Assembly: GCF_020745735.1 (NCBI RefSeq)
Contig: NC_083431.1
Span: forward strand, 43,118,496-43,182,495
DNA length: 64,000 nt
Origin: Hemiscyllium ocellatum
Lineage: Eukaryota
Reading direction: 5' to 3'
Made by a program: the position numbers and the translations under genes. The notes below the pieces were generated by a model that saw only the letters and a list, made by a program, of their open reading frames with translations, was not told where the DNA came from and did no database searches. This document shows positions 1-14,008 of the stretch, one piece after another (position 1 is the first letter of the stretch; every line of letters begins with the position of its first letter).

Positions 1-430
1 GAACAGCTAATGCTTAAATCAATCTTTGCAAAATACCTACAAGAAAGTTTTATACTGTTTCTCCTATCAGGCCAGCTCATTTGTAGATGGCTAACCATTT
101 AATAAAACATCAAGAAAATCTGTGTTCCAGAACAAATCCTCCCTTACTCTGACAAGTTCAAGAGAATCAATCATGCTGTACCACTGAATCTCAAGGAACC
201 ATTTAAACTAATTCTTCGACCTCCAAAGTCTGAAGCAAAACTGCAGAATATTCACTGCTACTTTTCGCCACATTATTCACCTTTTCTTAACAGGTGCATT
301 TCATCTCCTCAAACTAATAAAAATACAAAAGCTCTTCATAAAATATCTCAGGGTTCCGGTGAAACTCTTGTAGTCAGTATTTGTCCAAAATCCCCCAAAC
401 GGAGCATTGATCAGACATGGTCCTGCTTAC

Positions 431-569
431 CTTATCCTGCAGAATAATATGCCCGGCTGTGTACAAGAAATGTTCATGAAGATCTGTCTTTGGATGAAAA
501 GCCAACAATTCCGAGAGGTGAAGGTCACTGATGAATTGTTTCCGATCGATCTGCCTCAGATCAGCTATA
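431..569 (-). CDS. NSUN5: NSUN5 coding exon 5 (gene continues beyond left edge)
   Basis: 139 nt, acceptor ctcacag and donor GTAAGC. Encodes (S)IADLRQIDRKQFISDLHLSELLAFHPKTDLHEHFLYTAGHIILQDK, matching recalled human NSUN5 ...TDLHEHPLYRAGHLILQDR. Phase fits exon 4. Confidence 0.95.
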
Positions 570-1417
570 CTGTGAGAAAGAGAGTTTAGATGCAAGGACA
601 CGAGGAACATTGAACACAAATTTGAGTTAACACTTGATTGGCAAACATTGAAGCTTGATGACTCAGAACAAACTTGTATGAATAAAACATATCAAATTAA
701 TCTAGTTAATCGATTCACAAGAGACATACATGTCCTGTATGTAATCGCTAAAAGAATCTTTTCAGTAAGTGACGTCTTAAGCAAACAAAGGACAGGCTCA
801 TCGAGTCAAGTACCTAAACCCTCAATACATCTTTGACAAGTTCCATATGAAAAGCAGCTAAACATGAACAACCTGGGCAAACCTAAGAGTGAATAAACAT
901 AAAAAAACTAACGACAAGAGAGGGTATCGTGGGTACGAGGTATGTGTGTCTGTATTGGGTAGAGTGTCCCAGGGATCAGCACCGTATTTGAATACGCAAC
1001 AGTAACTGGGCATCTGATCATTATACTAAAAAAGGTGGACAGTCATGTCTGAAAAAGCAGAGATAAGACACAAGAAAAACCTTAAATTAAAAATAGGGGG
1101 AGCTACAATTCAGTATAATAGGTGCATGGTGATAGTTACAGGAAAAAGAAATACAAGACAATTGCATCATTTACTGCTCTAGCTTGAGAAGGATGGAAGA
1201 GATTGCGAAGGATAGACTCTATACTGAAACGTCACGACAGACAGTAAATCACAAAGTCAGAATGGTGAGCTATATTGTCAAACCAGCAAAGCATAACACC
1301 CCCACGCTCGGTGCTGCAGTATGGCCTCTGACTGATAGTCCAGGAACTGACAACTTGCCCATTCTACATAAAACCCTTTGAAATAATTTCATGCTTGGCA
1401 CTGGTGTAAAAAAATCA

Positions 1418-1576
<159 letters not shown>

Positions 1577-2069
1577 TCAATATGAACACACACCAATATA
1601 ACATGGAGCAATCAGAAAATGCAAGCTGCTCAGGAATCTGGGTTAAAAGGCTGTGGATTTAACACGGTTAAAGACACCAGGGCTAAATACGATCATCCAA
1701 GACATTCAGAGGAAACATAGGGGAATACACATCTAACTATCGCGGCCACAAACTGTGACATGGAGAAGTGCAGTGCCGGTGAGGCAAGGGTGTGTATGTG
1801 TATGGTGGACCGTGATATAACTCATTAAGAGTTTGAGCAATCGCTCTATTGCTGGGCAGTAATATGGAAAATATGACAGTGGCCCTAACTGGGGAATTCC
1901 TGCAGTGGAGCTGAAGTGTTGCCACGAAGCAGTCCATGCAGTACATTCAAGGATTTCAAAGCAGGGCCTCACAAAAAGATGCAGTGGCTCCCAAAACTGA
2001 AATGGATGAATTTTTTGCAAAGCCGAATTGGACAGCTGAATTGCTGAGCACCCAAACAAGGCCAGTTTT

Positions 2070-2179
2070 AAATTCAGAAACAAAAGCAGAAATTGCTGGA
2101 AAAGCTCAGCGGGTCCAGTAGCATCTGAGGAGAGAAATCAGAGTTAACATTTCAGGTCAAGTGACCCTTTCTCAGAATA
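2070..2179 (-). mobile_element. short PLE-terminal element with degenerate hammerhead motif (family B)
   Basis: Minus strand TTCTGAGAA-A-GGGTC-ACTT-GACCT-GAAATGTT-AACT, followed by the same 3' body as the 26291/28678/60508 copies. Confidence 0.7.
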
Positions 2180-2779
2180 TTTCTATTATTGAATACAACT
2201 CTGATAAATATCCCAAGGTGAAAGAAATTTTTGACACAAATGAAGCATAGAAAAAATTCAAGTTGAGCCTTGTGTTTTAGTTTCCATCGTTGTCAGACAC
2301 CAGGTAGCTGAAACTTGAAATCTCTTGCTTTTAGCAATTCTTGCAAAAGTCTCTGTGATGAATTCCTGGGTGCAGGAGGGGTTTTTTTGTGGGAAAGGGA
2401 AGTAAACATTATTCTTGAGCTTGGGAAGTTAAGAAGAATAGAATAATAATAAAAAAGTACATAGCAACAGACAATTTCACTCTGACTGAAGTATAAACAC
2501 GATGGTTTCCCTGAAAATATTAGAATAAATTTAAAAAGGGATTCAGCAACAATTCCCATTTAATGCAAAATTGATACGAAGCTAGTGCAGGATATTTACA
2601 CATGAGAAAAGATCGAGGATCCATATGCTGCAGAACTGAAAACCCTCCAGATTGAGATGGATATACAGCAGCTGGCAGCAATTGGACTATTTTACAAAGA
2701 AAGGAGCAAGCTCTCAGGAACTGTTGGCCAGGCTACAAAAAGGAGCCCTGGTTCTTACATGTGCAAAGAAAAGGAATGA

Positions 2780-3053
2780 GAATATGTTGTCATTTTGTAT
2801 ATTACGTTTTGTTAATTTGAGAGAAAGGGAATCTGACCACCTAATAAGGTCTGAATGGATGCCTGCGGCCTAATGGTGTGAAGGAAAGATGACAGATTAG
2901 TGCTATAAATACGGGGAGCTAGTAATCAAAGGGTGAGTGTTTTATGGAGTGTGGTTAAGTGAAATAAGGTTCTCTCTAAAAAGCTTGCATTTGGATTTAT
3001 TAAAGGGAAATCATACTTAACAAATCTACTGGAATTCTTCAAGGATGTAACTA
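2780..3053 (+). mobile_element. older CR1 fragment (left part, split by the 3054-6070 insertion)
   Basis: GGATTTATTAAAGGGAAATCATACTTAACAAATCTACTGGAATTCTTC (GF.KGKSCLTNLLEFF-like); resumes at 6071. Confidence 0.7.
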
Positions 3054-6000
3054 TAGAACATTACAGTGCAGTACAGGCCCTTCGGCCCTCAATGTTGCGC
3101 CAATCTGTTAAATTAATTTGATGCCCGTCTAACCTACATAGTTCCATTATTATCCACATGTATGTTCAATGCCCATTTAAATGCCCTTATCGTCAGTGAG
3201 TCTACTACTGTTGCAGGCAGGTCGTTCCACGACTCTACTACTCTCTGAGTAAAGAAACTGCTACTGGTATCTGTCCTATATTTATCACTCCTCAATTTAA
3301 AGCTATGTCTCCTCGTGTTAGCCTTCACCATCTGAGGAAAAAGGCTCTCACTGTCCATCCTATCTAACCCTCTGATTATCTGACATGTCTCGATTAAGTC
3401 ACCTCTCAACCTTCTTTTCTCCAACGAAAACAGCCTCAGTTCCCTCAGCCTTTCCTTGTAAGACCTTCCTTACATGTTAGCTGCAAATTGACTAACCCAA
3501 CATTCTACGCCCACACCCAAATCATTTATGAAAATGACAAACAGCAGTGTCCCCAAAGCAGATCCTTGCGGCACACCACTGGTAACTGTGCTCCAGGATG
3601 AACACTTCCCATCAACCACCATCCTCTCTCTTCTTTCAGCTAACCAACTTCTGATCCAAACCGCTAAATCGCCTTCAATCCCGAAACTTCGCATTTTGTA
3701 CAATAGCCTAACGTGTGGAACCTTATCAAATGCCTTACTGAAGTCCATATACACCACATCAACCGTTTTACCTTCATCTACCTGTTTTATCACCTTCTTG
3801 AAGATCTCAATAAGGTTAGTGAGGCACGACCTACCCTTCACAAAATTATTCCTTTCCAGATGATTATAAATCCTCTCTCTTCTAACCTTTTCCAACACCT
3901 TACCCACAACCGACCTAAGGCTCACCGGTCTATAATTACCAGGGTTGTCCCGTCTCCCCTTCTTAATCAATGAAACAACACTTGCCATCCTCCAGCCTTC
4001 TGGCACCACACCTGTCGACAATGATGACATAAAGATCAAAGTCAAAGGCTCTGCAATCTCCTCCCTGGCTTCCCAGAGAATCGGAGGATAAATCGTATCC
4101 GGCCCAGGGGTCTTATCTGTTTTCAGATCTTCCAAAATTGCTAAAACTGACCTCATCTCATCTAATCTAATCTAATAGCATGTATATCCATATTCTCACT
4201 AACATTGCCCTTTTCCAATGTGAATACTGACAAAAAGTACACATTAAGCAATTCCCCCTATGTCCTCAGATTCCACACACAACTTCCCATTACTGTGATT
4301 GGCCCTAATCTTATCCTAGTGATTTTTTAATCTTTATATACCTATAGCAGGCCTTAGGATCAAGGAAAACCCTATCTGCCAACAACTTCTCATGTCTCCT
4401 CCTGGCTCTTCTTAGTCCTCTCTTTAGATCTTTTCTGGCTAACGTATAACTCCCAAGACCCCTAACTGAGCCTTCACGCCTCATCCTCACATAAGCCTTC
4501 CTTCTTTTGACAAGAGCTTCAACGTATTTAGTAAACCATGGCTCCCTCTCTCGACAACTTCCTCCCTGCCAGACTGGTACATATTTATCATGGACTCGCA
4601 GTAGCTGTTCTTTGAATAAGCTCCCCATTTGAAGTGTGTCCATTCTTTGCAGTTTCCTTGCCCATCCTATGCATCCTAAATCTTGCCTAATCATATGGTA
4701 ATTGCCTTTTCCGCCCAGTTATACCTCTTTCCTTCCGGTGTATACCTAAACCTGTCCATTGCTATTGTAAACAGAACCAAATTGTGGTCACTATCACCAA
4801 AGTGTTCACCTACCTCCAAATCTAACACCTGGCCGGGTTCATTCCCCAGTACCAAATCCAATATGGCATCGCCCCTTGTTGGCCTGTCTACATAATGTGT
4901 CAGAAACTCTTCTGCACACATTGGGCAAAAACGGACCCATCTCAATTACTTGAACTAGAGTATTCCCAGTCAATATTGGGGATGTTACTCGCACTCCTAT
5001 CAAGGATCATCTTTGGTATCCTTTCCTCTACATCCCTGGAACAATTCAGAGGCCTATAGAAAACTCCCAACAGGATGACCTCTCCTTTCCCATTTCTAAC
5101 CTCAGCCCAAACTACCTCAGTGAATGAGTCCTCAAACTTTATCTCAGCTGCTGTAATACTACCCTTGATTAACAATGCCACACACATCCATTCCCCCCTC
5201 CTTTTTAATATCTTCTCTGTTCTTACTGAAACATCTAAATCCTGGAATCTGCAACAACCATTCCTGTTTCTCCTCTAGCCATGTCTCTGAAATTGCCACA
5301 ACATCAAAGTCCCAGGTACCAACCCATGCTGCAAGTTCACCCACCTTATTCCGGATGCTCTTGGCATTGAAGTACACACATTTCAAACCAACATCCTGAT
5401 TGCTGGTGCCCTCTCGCAACCTTGTAAACTCATCAAAACCCCCAACCTTCTGTATACTGGAACGATGTTTCAGGGTTCCCATCCCCCGCTGCATTAGTTT
5501 AAACCCACCTGAAGAGCATTAGCAAATATCACCCCTCAAGGATATTGGTACCCCTCTGGTTCAGGTGAAGACCATCTCGTTTGCAGAGGTCCCACCTTCC
5601 CCAGAAAGAGCTCCAATTATCCAAGAATCTAAAACCCTCCCTCCTGCACGATCCCTGCAGCCACATGTTCAGCTCCGCGCTCTCCCCGTTCCTCGCTTCA
5701 CTAGCACATGGCACGGGCAACAAACCAGAGATAACAACTTCCATCCTAAGCTTCCCCTCCTTCTAAGCTTCCATCCTAGCTCCCTGAATTTCTGCCTTTG
5801 ATCCACACCTTGCTTCCTACCCATGTTGTTGGTGCCTATGTGGATCACGACTTGGGGCTGCTCCCCCTCCAGGATCCCAAAATCACAATCAGAGACATCA
5901 CAAACCCTGGCACAAACTGCCCAAATATATAACTTTGTGAGCTCTCCGACTGCCTCCAGGAACTGAACGACACCCAAACTAAAAGTAAGTACTTTGTACT

Positions 6001-6070
6001 GTATACGGACATACCCTGACAGGCTCTGCTGCTCCCTGGTGACCTCGTAACCTCTCCAACTGTCTCCAAA
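3054..6070 (-). mobile_element. CR1 LINE (esterase-type ORF1 + ORF2 fragments), nested in an older CR1
   Basis: SGNH/GDSL esterase motifs (VVIHIGTNN, VVISGLLPVP, DGLHLN); ORF2 [50 protein letters not shown]. Internal deletion near 3470; AACTA direct repeat at 3049-3053 and 6071-6075. Confidence 0.9.
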
Positions 6071-6780
6071 AACTAGTAGAGTTGACACAGGAAGCTAGTG
6101 GCTGTGGTTTATTCGACTTTGAGAAGGAACCTGATAATGTCCCACCCAAGAGTTTAGCATGTAAAGTGTATGGGATGGGAGTAGTGTGTTGAGATGGATA
6201 GAAACCTAGTTGGCAGACAGGAAACAAAGAGTAGGGACAGATGAGTCTTTTTTCTGAATGGCAGGCAGTAACTAGTGGGCTACCACAAGGATCAGTACTT
6301 GGATCCCAGCTATTCGCAATGTACCTTAATGGTTTGGATAAAAGAACTAAATAATATCTCCAAATTTGTGATGGCACAAAGCTGGGTGAGTAAGGAGGAT
6401 GCAGAGATGCTTCAGTGTGATTTGGACAAGCTGAATGAGCAAATGTGGACAAGTGTTAGGTTGCAAAAACAGCCAAGCAGATTATTATGTAAACAGCTAT
6501 AAATTGAAAGATGGGAATATGCAATAAGACCTAGGCATCTTTGTACACCAATCACCTTAAGGTAAGAATGCAGGTGCCGCAGATGGTAAAGGAGGCAAAT
6601 GGTAGGTTGGCCTTCACAGTGAGAGGATTCGAGTACAGAAGCAGGGATGTCTTGCTGTCATTACGAAGGGCCGTGGCAAGGCCATACCTAGAATGTTGTA
6701 AGCAATTCTGGTCGCCTCACCAGAGGAAGGATGTTCTGGTTACAGAGAGAGTGCACAGAATGTTTACTAGACTGATTCCA
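6071..6780 (+). mobile_element. older CR1 fragment (right part)
   Basis: Degenerate RT: DF.K..D.VPH, VTSGLPQGSVLG, RGFEYRSRDVLL, RPYLECCKQFWSP. Confidence 0.8.
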
Positions 6781-7270
6781 AAGCAGCTAACTTGTTCAAT
6801 GCCTTACACAGCTTTAGATAAGATACAGAGTTGCATTGGAAAAACCCTCCGAATAGTCACTTGCATTTGTACAACGGCTTTCGTTTCCAAGGTGCTGCAT
6901 TTCACAAGTCATATCAGCCAAAAGACTGACACTGAGCTTCATAAAGAGATACTGGGTCAGGTGATCTTAAGATGTGAGAGAGAGAGGAGACAGGCAGAGA
7001 TTTAGGAAGAGGATGCCAGAGCTTAGGGTCCAGGCAATTAATGGCATGGCCACCAATAATGGAGCAATTAAAATCAGGAATACTAGGGGGATCTAGGATG
7101 GCGGCGATCTGACTGCAGAGATCACACTGCAGAGCTTCGCATCGCAGCAGCAGGACGGTCCTTTAACCCACCCAACCCAGGTCATCAGGATTTCTTGGGG
7201 CATTGGAAAGATTGTAGAGCCCCAAGAAACATTTAAAAATTGACTTACCTATATTTTCAGCTGTCCAGAA

Positions 7271-8076
7271 ATGCCTAAAAAGGGAGGAGGAGCATCTGAG
7301 GCCGGGCCTGCAGCTCAGCCTGCAGCAGCCTCGGAGCCAATTACTCTCAAGGACTTGGTGAACCAGCTCTCGAAATCTCGCGAGATGTTGAGGAAACAGA
7401 TTGAAGAGGAGCTGGCTCCAGTGTCTCTCATGCTGTAGAAGCATGAGCAGCAGCTGGGAGACCTGGAGAAGAGGCAGGATGAGGTGGAGCACAGGGTCAC
7501 AGTGGTGGAAGCTGAAGCCAGTTCATTCAAGGAAGAGATCCAAGCCCTGAAGACGCAGGTTCGTAATTTGCGTGACCAAGTGGACAATCTTGAAAACAGG
7601 GGCAGGAGAAAAAACATTCGGATCATCGGTCTGCCTGAGGGTAAGGAAGGTGAGCGGCCTGCGGAATTTGTTGAAGATTGGCTTCCGAAATTCCTTGACT
7701 TGGAGACTGGCATGAGAGGATTGAAGATAGAGAGGGTTCACCGGGTCGCAGCACAGTGGGTCAATGTCCTCGTCCTTTCCTGGTGCGGTTCCATCATTAC
7801 CGAGATAAGGAGAGAGTCACGGAGGCTTCCAGACTCCAGGGGCAGGATCCAAAGGCCCTAATTTACGAGGGGTCTAAGATCATGTTTTTTCAGGACTTTT
7901 CAGTGGCGGTGATCCAGAAACGAAAATCGTATGATGGTATCAAGAGAAGACTGAAGGAGCTTGGGATTCAGTACTCCCGGAGATATCCGGCAGTGCTTCG
8001 GATCACCTTAGATGGATCCATGCATCTCTTTGACACATCGGAGAAGGCAAGAAACTTTGTGGACAAATTAACCTAA
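7271..8076 (+). pseudogene. L1 ORF1p (coiled coil + RRM + CTD), disrupted
   Basis: ATGCCTAAAAAG start; in-frame TAG at 7436; LENRGRRKNIRIIGLPEG, IERVHR, PRPFLVRFHHY, IMFFQDFS, YPAVLRI motifs; frameshift near 7756. Confidence 0.9.
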
Positions 8077-8683
8077 TTTAAACAATTGTAGTAGTATAAA
8101 TATCGTTACTTGGGTATGTGTTTATCATTCTGTAAAAGAAATGGAGGAAATCCGGTTGGAGCTTTGTTTTTCCCCTTTTTTCCCTCTATTGATAATAATT
8201 TGGTTCAAACTATGTCTGGCGGTGGTTAAGATGTACATTTTAAATTTCTAAGTTAGGACATACCAAAGGATGGGTGGGGTATTTATTCCCCCTTTCTTTT
8301 TTTATGAAAGAATGCTTTTTTATTCATATTAATATTCTATGGGGTGTTTATTCTTTTTAGCTTGTGCTTGCGATGTGGCTCAAGCTGGGAGAAGAGAAGG
8401 TGGTTGAGATGGTTAGATGCCTATTTATGGGCAGTTCGGGACAGGTAGTTGCCCCCTCCGGGCAGGGGTGAGTTCCCCTACTCAGCACTATTGGCGCTTT
8501 ATATGTTGGTTTGTTTTTTGGTTTTTGTTGCTTTTTTTATTTTTAATAATTTTGTATGTTTGTTAAATGTAGTGGTTTTAGTTTATGTAGTTTTCATATT
8601 TGGTGGACCAGGCGACACTAAGGCTCAGCAATTTGTGGTTCAGGTTCCTCCTCTCTGAAATTTAAATGTAATTGCAGAAGATT

Positions 8684-11600
8684 ATGGCTAATGATTTGAT
8701 TAAACGGTGTACCTGGAATATCAAGGGAAGTCACTCACCAATTAAGAGGAAGAAGGTACTCTTGAGTCTTAGAAAGGAGAAGGTGGATATTGCTTTGTTA
8801 CAGGAGACACATTTGGATGACAAGGAGCATCTGAAATTACAGCAGAATGGCTTTGACCGAGTTTATTTTTCATCATTTAATACCAGAAGTAGGGGAGTGG
8901 CTATATTGGTAAGGAAAAATCTCTCATTTAAATTGTTGGAATGTGTTAAAGACACATACGGGAGGTCTGTAATTCTTAAAGCCTTGATAAATGGGGAAGA
9001 ATATGGCATTTTAAATGGTTATTGTCCCCCAGCTCATCCTCTTAAATTCTTGGTAGATGCTTTTTCTAAACTGATAAGTCTCAAGTCTCGGCACATCATT
9101 ACAAGGGGAGATTTTAACTGCCTCATGGACCCCACAGTAGACAGGTTGTCTAAAGGTCCCTCGATACCCTCTGCACAAACTAAACAGTTATTGGGTCAGT
9201 GTGGGGAATTAGGATTGGTGGACGTCTGGAGGTGTCTCCACCCTACAGGTAGGGATTTCACATTTTTCTCCAATCCGCACAGATGTCACACGAAGATTGA
9301 TTTTTTTTTCTGACCCCTGCGGTAACCCTGGGGTCATTCTGTACGATTGGTAATGTTGCCATCTTTGATCATGCTCCAGTGTACCTCATGGTTAAAATTA
9401 AGGATGTTGCAGTGGATTCAAGGTACTGGCGAATGGACCCCTTTATTCTCATGGACAGCAAGTTTGTGGAGTATTTCTCTAGGGAATTTCGGGCATTCCT
9501 AGACATCAACATAGGTTCGGTTGATAGCTCATCTGTTCTCTGGGAAACTGCCAAAGCTTGTGCCAGAGGGTTAGTTATTTCATATTCCACCAGTAGGAAG
9601 TGGCAGAAGGGTGAGCAGCAACGTCTCCTTGAAGCACTGTTGAAGGCAGCCGAGAAGGCCTATTTTGACAGACTCTCGTTGGTCAAACTACAGAGGATTA
9701 TGGCACTGCGGTCTGCACTAAATCACATGCTCACGCAGACGGCAAAGAAGGAGCTGGCTTTTGCAAAGCAAAGGTTATCCGAGCATGGTGACAAGCCAGG
9801 CAAATACTTAGCATACCTTGCCAGAAAGAGAAGTGCCTCACAAACCATTACAGTGATTAGGGAAGGGTCTGGGAACCTAACATGTGATTCTAAAAAGATT
9901 AATGTGGCGTTCCAGAGATTCTACTCTAAGTTATATCAGTCTGAGGATTGTGAGGAGGGGCAGGCCAAAATGGAATCCTTTTTTAGAGATCTGAAGCTCC
10001 CAGGTGTGGCTCCCGAACAACAGTCCTTTCTCAATGCCCCATTATCAGAGCAAGAAGTGCAGGAAGCTGTGAGGCAGCTTCAGAGTGGAAAGGCGCCTGG
10101 TCCTGATGGACTTCCCAGTGAATTCTATAAGGAATTTATAAGTATACTGTCAGGCCTGATGCTGAATATGTTTAATGATTCATACAGTCATGTTTGTCTC
10201 CCACCATCTCTGAGAGGCGCCAATATTTCACTTATCCTTAAAAAAGGGAAGGATCCGGAAGATTGTGCTTCATACAGGCCCATCTCGCTCTTAAATGTGG
10301 ACTTTAAGATCCTCTCTAAGGCTCTTGCATTAAGGGTGGAGACTGTGTTACCCTCTATTATTAAAGAGGATCAGACAGGCTTCATAAAGGGTTGCAGATC
10401 CTCCAATAACTTTAGGAGGCTGCTTAACGTAATTCAAGCATGCCGACAGCAGTCAATACAGGGATTGGTGATTTTTTTAGATGCAGAGAAGGCATTTGAC
10501 CGAGTTGAGTGGCTGTACCTTTTCTATACTCTAGACCGGTTTGGTCTGGGCCAAGTTTTCATAAGATGGATAAAGGTTCTCTACAGTGTACCTCTCACTG
10601 CTGTCATTACCAACGGGTACGATCAAGCAATTTTAATATTTCTAGGTGCAGCCGGCAGGGCTGTCCCCTTTCACCATTACTTTTTACGTTGGTGATTGAA
10701 CTGTTGGCAGAGGTCATTCGTGGGGATCTCAATATATCAGCTCCAGAAGTGGGGTCAAAATTACATAAGATCTCGCTGTATGCAGATGATGTTCTAATTT
10801 TCTTGACAAATCCAGCAGCCTCAGTGCCTTGCCTGATACAATGCATTCACATGTTTGGCGCTTTTTCAGGGTATAAGATTCATTTTGCTAAATCAGACAC
10901 TATGCCTATCGATGGTCTTATGAAAGCGTTGGCTCTTGAGAGTGACTACAGATTCCCATTTAGATGGTCACAGGGGGGTTTTGTGAATTTGGGCATATTC
11001 ATTACTCCAGTTCTGGATTGGCTGTTCAAAGCCAATTTTACTCAATTATTTGAAAAACATTAAACAAGATCTCCAAAGATGAGAGGCACTTCCAGTCTCA
11101 TGGTTGGGTCAGATAGCGCTTATTAAGATGAATATTCTCCCTCGTTTGCTATACCCTATACGAGTGCTCCCCCTGATTTTCAATAAACAAACACTCAGGA
11201 GACTGAACAGTTGGTTCGGCTCCTTTATCTGGCACTGTAAACGGCCCCTCATTAAATTAGCCAAACTGCAGTTGCCTCACAGATTGTGGAGAGTAGACCT
11301 TCCGGACATTAAAAATTACCAATTAAGGTCGCTTTTGACCTACATAAGTGATTGGGTTTGTGGGGACCCTCTTTCAATATGGCTAGATATCGAAGTCTCC
11401 CAGGCAAGGTGCTCCCTTACCAGTTTGCTGTTTTTGGACAAAGTGAGGACAGTTAGGGAATATTGCAATAACCCAATAGTCATCAATACAGTTAAAGCAT
11501 GGAGGGCAATTCGGCAGAGGGAAGGTAATATTGACAAAACATCTTTGTTTACACCTTTAGTGGGTATGCCGAGTTTTCAACCAGGTATGATAGATTCAGG

Positions 11601-12478
11601 ATTTAAACATTGGGCAGCTAGGGGTATATCTTGCATGGGTGATTTATTTGAGAGAGATGCAACGATGTCCTTCAATTAGTTAGTACAGAAGTACGAATTA
11701 CATAATACAGACCTCTTTTGTTTTTTTTCAAGTTAGGGATTTTATTCAAAAAAAGGCCACACTTTTGACTGATCCCTACAAATCTGACATAGAAAGAGGG
11801 GTACTAAGGGCTAAGTGTACATTCTCTGTCAGTACTCTACATCATCAATTGGGGAGGTGCCACCTCAGGTGAGTCTGCAAGATGTGGGAAAGAGAGGTGA
11901 ATGTTGAAGTTTCTTCAGAGGCATGGGAGGATATTTGGGAGAATGCAAGGAAGATATCAATTTGCAATAGGACCCATGCTTTACAGTTGAAGATTCTTCA
12001 CAGGGTCCACTTTGCCCCAGACCGTTTGTCAAAATTTAAACCAGGGGTATCATCAGCATGTGCAAAGTGCAAGGTCTAAACGGGTATTCTTACCCATTGT
12101 CTTTGGTCTTGTGACAGGCTTCAAACATATTGGAGCGCTGTGGTGGGTGCAATGGAGGGGATTTTAGGTGTAGGAATGGAGAAGGACCCTATTTCGCTCC
12201 TTTTGGGCCTACCCATTGCATTTCCTACAGACTCGCATAAAGAAAAACTTTTCAATATTCTTACGTTCTGTGCAAGGAAGAATATCTTGCTAGACTGGAT
12301 ATCAGAAAACCCCCCAGGCATGTCGGGTTCGCGGAAGATTGTTATGGAGCATATTCCCCTGGATTTTCTCACAAATATGGTACACCACGAAACTGAGAAT
12401 TTTTACAAGACATGGCAACCCTTTTTGAAATACCTGGACACAGATTTATCTGCCACAATAATAAGGGCTTTTATATAG
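8684..12478 (+). pseudogene. L1 ORF2p (EN-RT-CCHC), disrupted
   Basis: TWNIKG, LQETH, GDFN (APE); KAPGPDG, YRPISLLNVDFKIL, DAEKAFD, RQGCPLSPLLF, LYADD (RT); CAKC..THCLWSC. Split over several ORFs by frameshifts and stops. Confidence 0.92.
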
Positions 12479-12894
12479 CCGTAACAATTGTGTTTCATGA
12501 GTCCAATATCCAGGGAGGAGGAACTGTGAATGTATGAGTTATTACTATTTATTTGTTTGTTGTTTTAGTTAGTTAAATAGCTAGCTTAGGTTTTTTTGTT
12601 AAATTTTATTCTTCTCTATATATGTTTATATATTCATATGGGGGGGGTGGGTTGGGGAATTTTTTTATTATTTGGGTTTAGTTTTGTACTATTTTTGTAC
12701 TGTTTGAATTGCATTGTTTTGTATTTGTTGTAATATTTAAAAATCTATTTTTTCTTAATAAAAGTATATGATATAAAAAAATCAGGAATACTCAAGGTGG
12801 CAGAATTGAGATATCTTAGAAAACATTTGCTTCCATCAGCATCTTGAAGCAATTCAATGTACACTTGGGCTTAATAAGTAGCATTCTGACTTGT

Positions 12895-13250
12895 GCAGAG
12901 GCTGAGGGGGTGACCTTGGAGAAGTTTTAATTGAGTGAATAGAGAGAATGAGGGGAAGAGTAAACTAGAGATTATTAATCCGAGATAATCACCAAGAAAT
13001 CTAATTGTAAATTGAGAAAAAAACTTTACTCAAAGAATGCCAAGAATATTGGAACTCATTACCATTGGCCTTTGTTGAAGTCAATCATGTACATGCATTT
13101 AAAAAGAAGCTGGAACAGTGTTTGAGGGAAAGAGATTAAAGGGTAACTTTGAAGATTTAGATGAGGAAACATAGGAGGAGACTCAAGTGGAACATAATCA
13201 TCAGCATGGCTTGGTTGGGCTCAATGGTCATTGTCTATGCCATACATATC
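12895..13250 (+). mobile_element. CR1 3' end fragment
   Basis: AGAGGCTGAGGGGGTGACCTT...TTTACTCAAAGAATG...TGGAACTCATTACCA...TTGGGCTCAATGG, the typical CR1 3' end. Confidence 0.7.
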
Positions 13251-13559
13251 AAGCAGATATCTCCTGATAATTCTTCTGTTTTGGCCTCTTAAGCATCTTT
13301 GATTTTAATTACCCTATCTCTGATGATCAAGCTGCCTAGGCCCCAAGTTCTTGGATTTCTTCAAATACTCTACATCACTTTCCTTTTATAAAAAGTTCTC
13401 CCTTAAAATCTGACATTTTGATCAAGTTGTTTTTTCCCCACTTCTACCTGAATCACTCCTTATGTCGCCCAGTACCATATATTTTGTTGATGATGCACCT
13501 TTAGCCTTTCTATTACACTAAATCCATAATATAAATACAGGTGGCTGTTGTTCATGGTT

Positions 13560-13870
13560 GTAGGTTTTAGTCCATGCCAAACATGGCGTGTAATCAGAGC
13601 AATCCTGAGGGAATGGGGGCCTTTGTTTCGATGAGACATTAAATGAGACTTGCTAGCCTGTTGGTAATAGACATTTCAAGACCCAAAGATACCCATTGAA
13701 GAGCAGAAAACAGTTCTATGATGATTGCTGATATTTGTTCTCTCAACCAACACCAGGAAAGACTAGGTAACCGGTTAGGGGTAAAAACAATGACTGCAGA
13801 TGCTGGAAACCAGATTCCTCATTCATTGTTTCTGGGCTCCCATCTAAATAAAGTGACTGCCACATTTTCA
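13560..13870 (+). mobile_element. Deu-domain SINE (SacSINE1/AmnSINE-like), with a ~38-bp PLE end inserted at 13781-13818
   Basis: TTTCGATGAGACATTAAATGAG...GAAGAGCAG...GATATTTGTTCTCTCAACCAACACC resembles the Deu core; GTAAAAACAATGACTGCAGATGCTGGAAACCAGATTC is the PLE end also seen at 53250-53282. Confidence 0.6.
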
Positions 13871-14008
13871 AACAAAATTTCACATATTATACTTTAAAAA
13901 TAAAGTGGCTGTGAAATATAACAGGGTGCTTTGAAAAAAAAAGGATGTGATAAATACAAGCCAATGGCTTCTTATAGGTTTCCTTCCACTTGCCAGAAGG
14001 AGCCATAC

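Larger units (their letters stand above)
7085..12777 (+). mobile_element. full-length L1 (LINE-1) retrotransposon, inactivated, antisense in NSUN5 intron 3
   Basis: 15-bp TSD AAAATCAGGAATACT at 7070-7084 and 12778-12792 with TT/AAAA site. ORF1 7271-8076; ORF2 8684-12478 (APE endonuclease, RT YADD, CCHC knuckle). AATAAA at 12757 plus a short A tail. Confidence 0.95.

Noticed and set aside
5912-6070. Possible foreign DNA captured at the CR1 5' junction
   Set aside because: Could equally be degenerate or deleted CR1 ORF1 sequence; cannot be resolved without a consensus.
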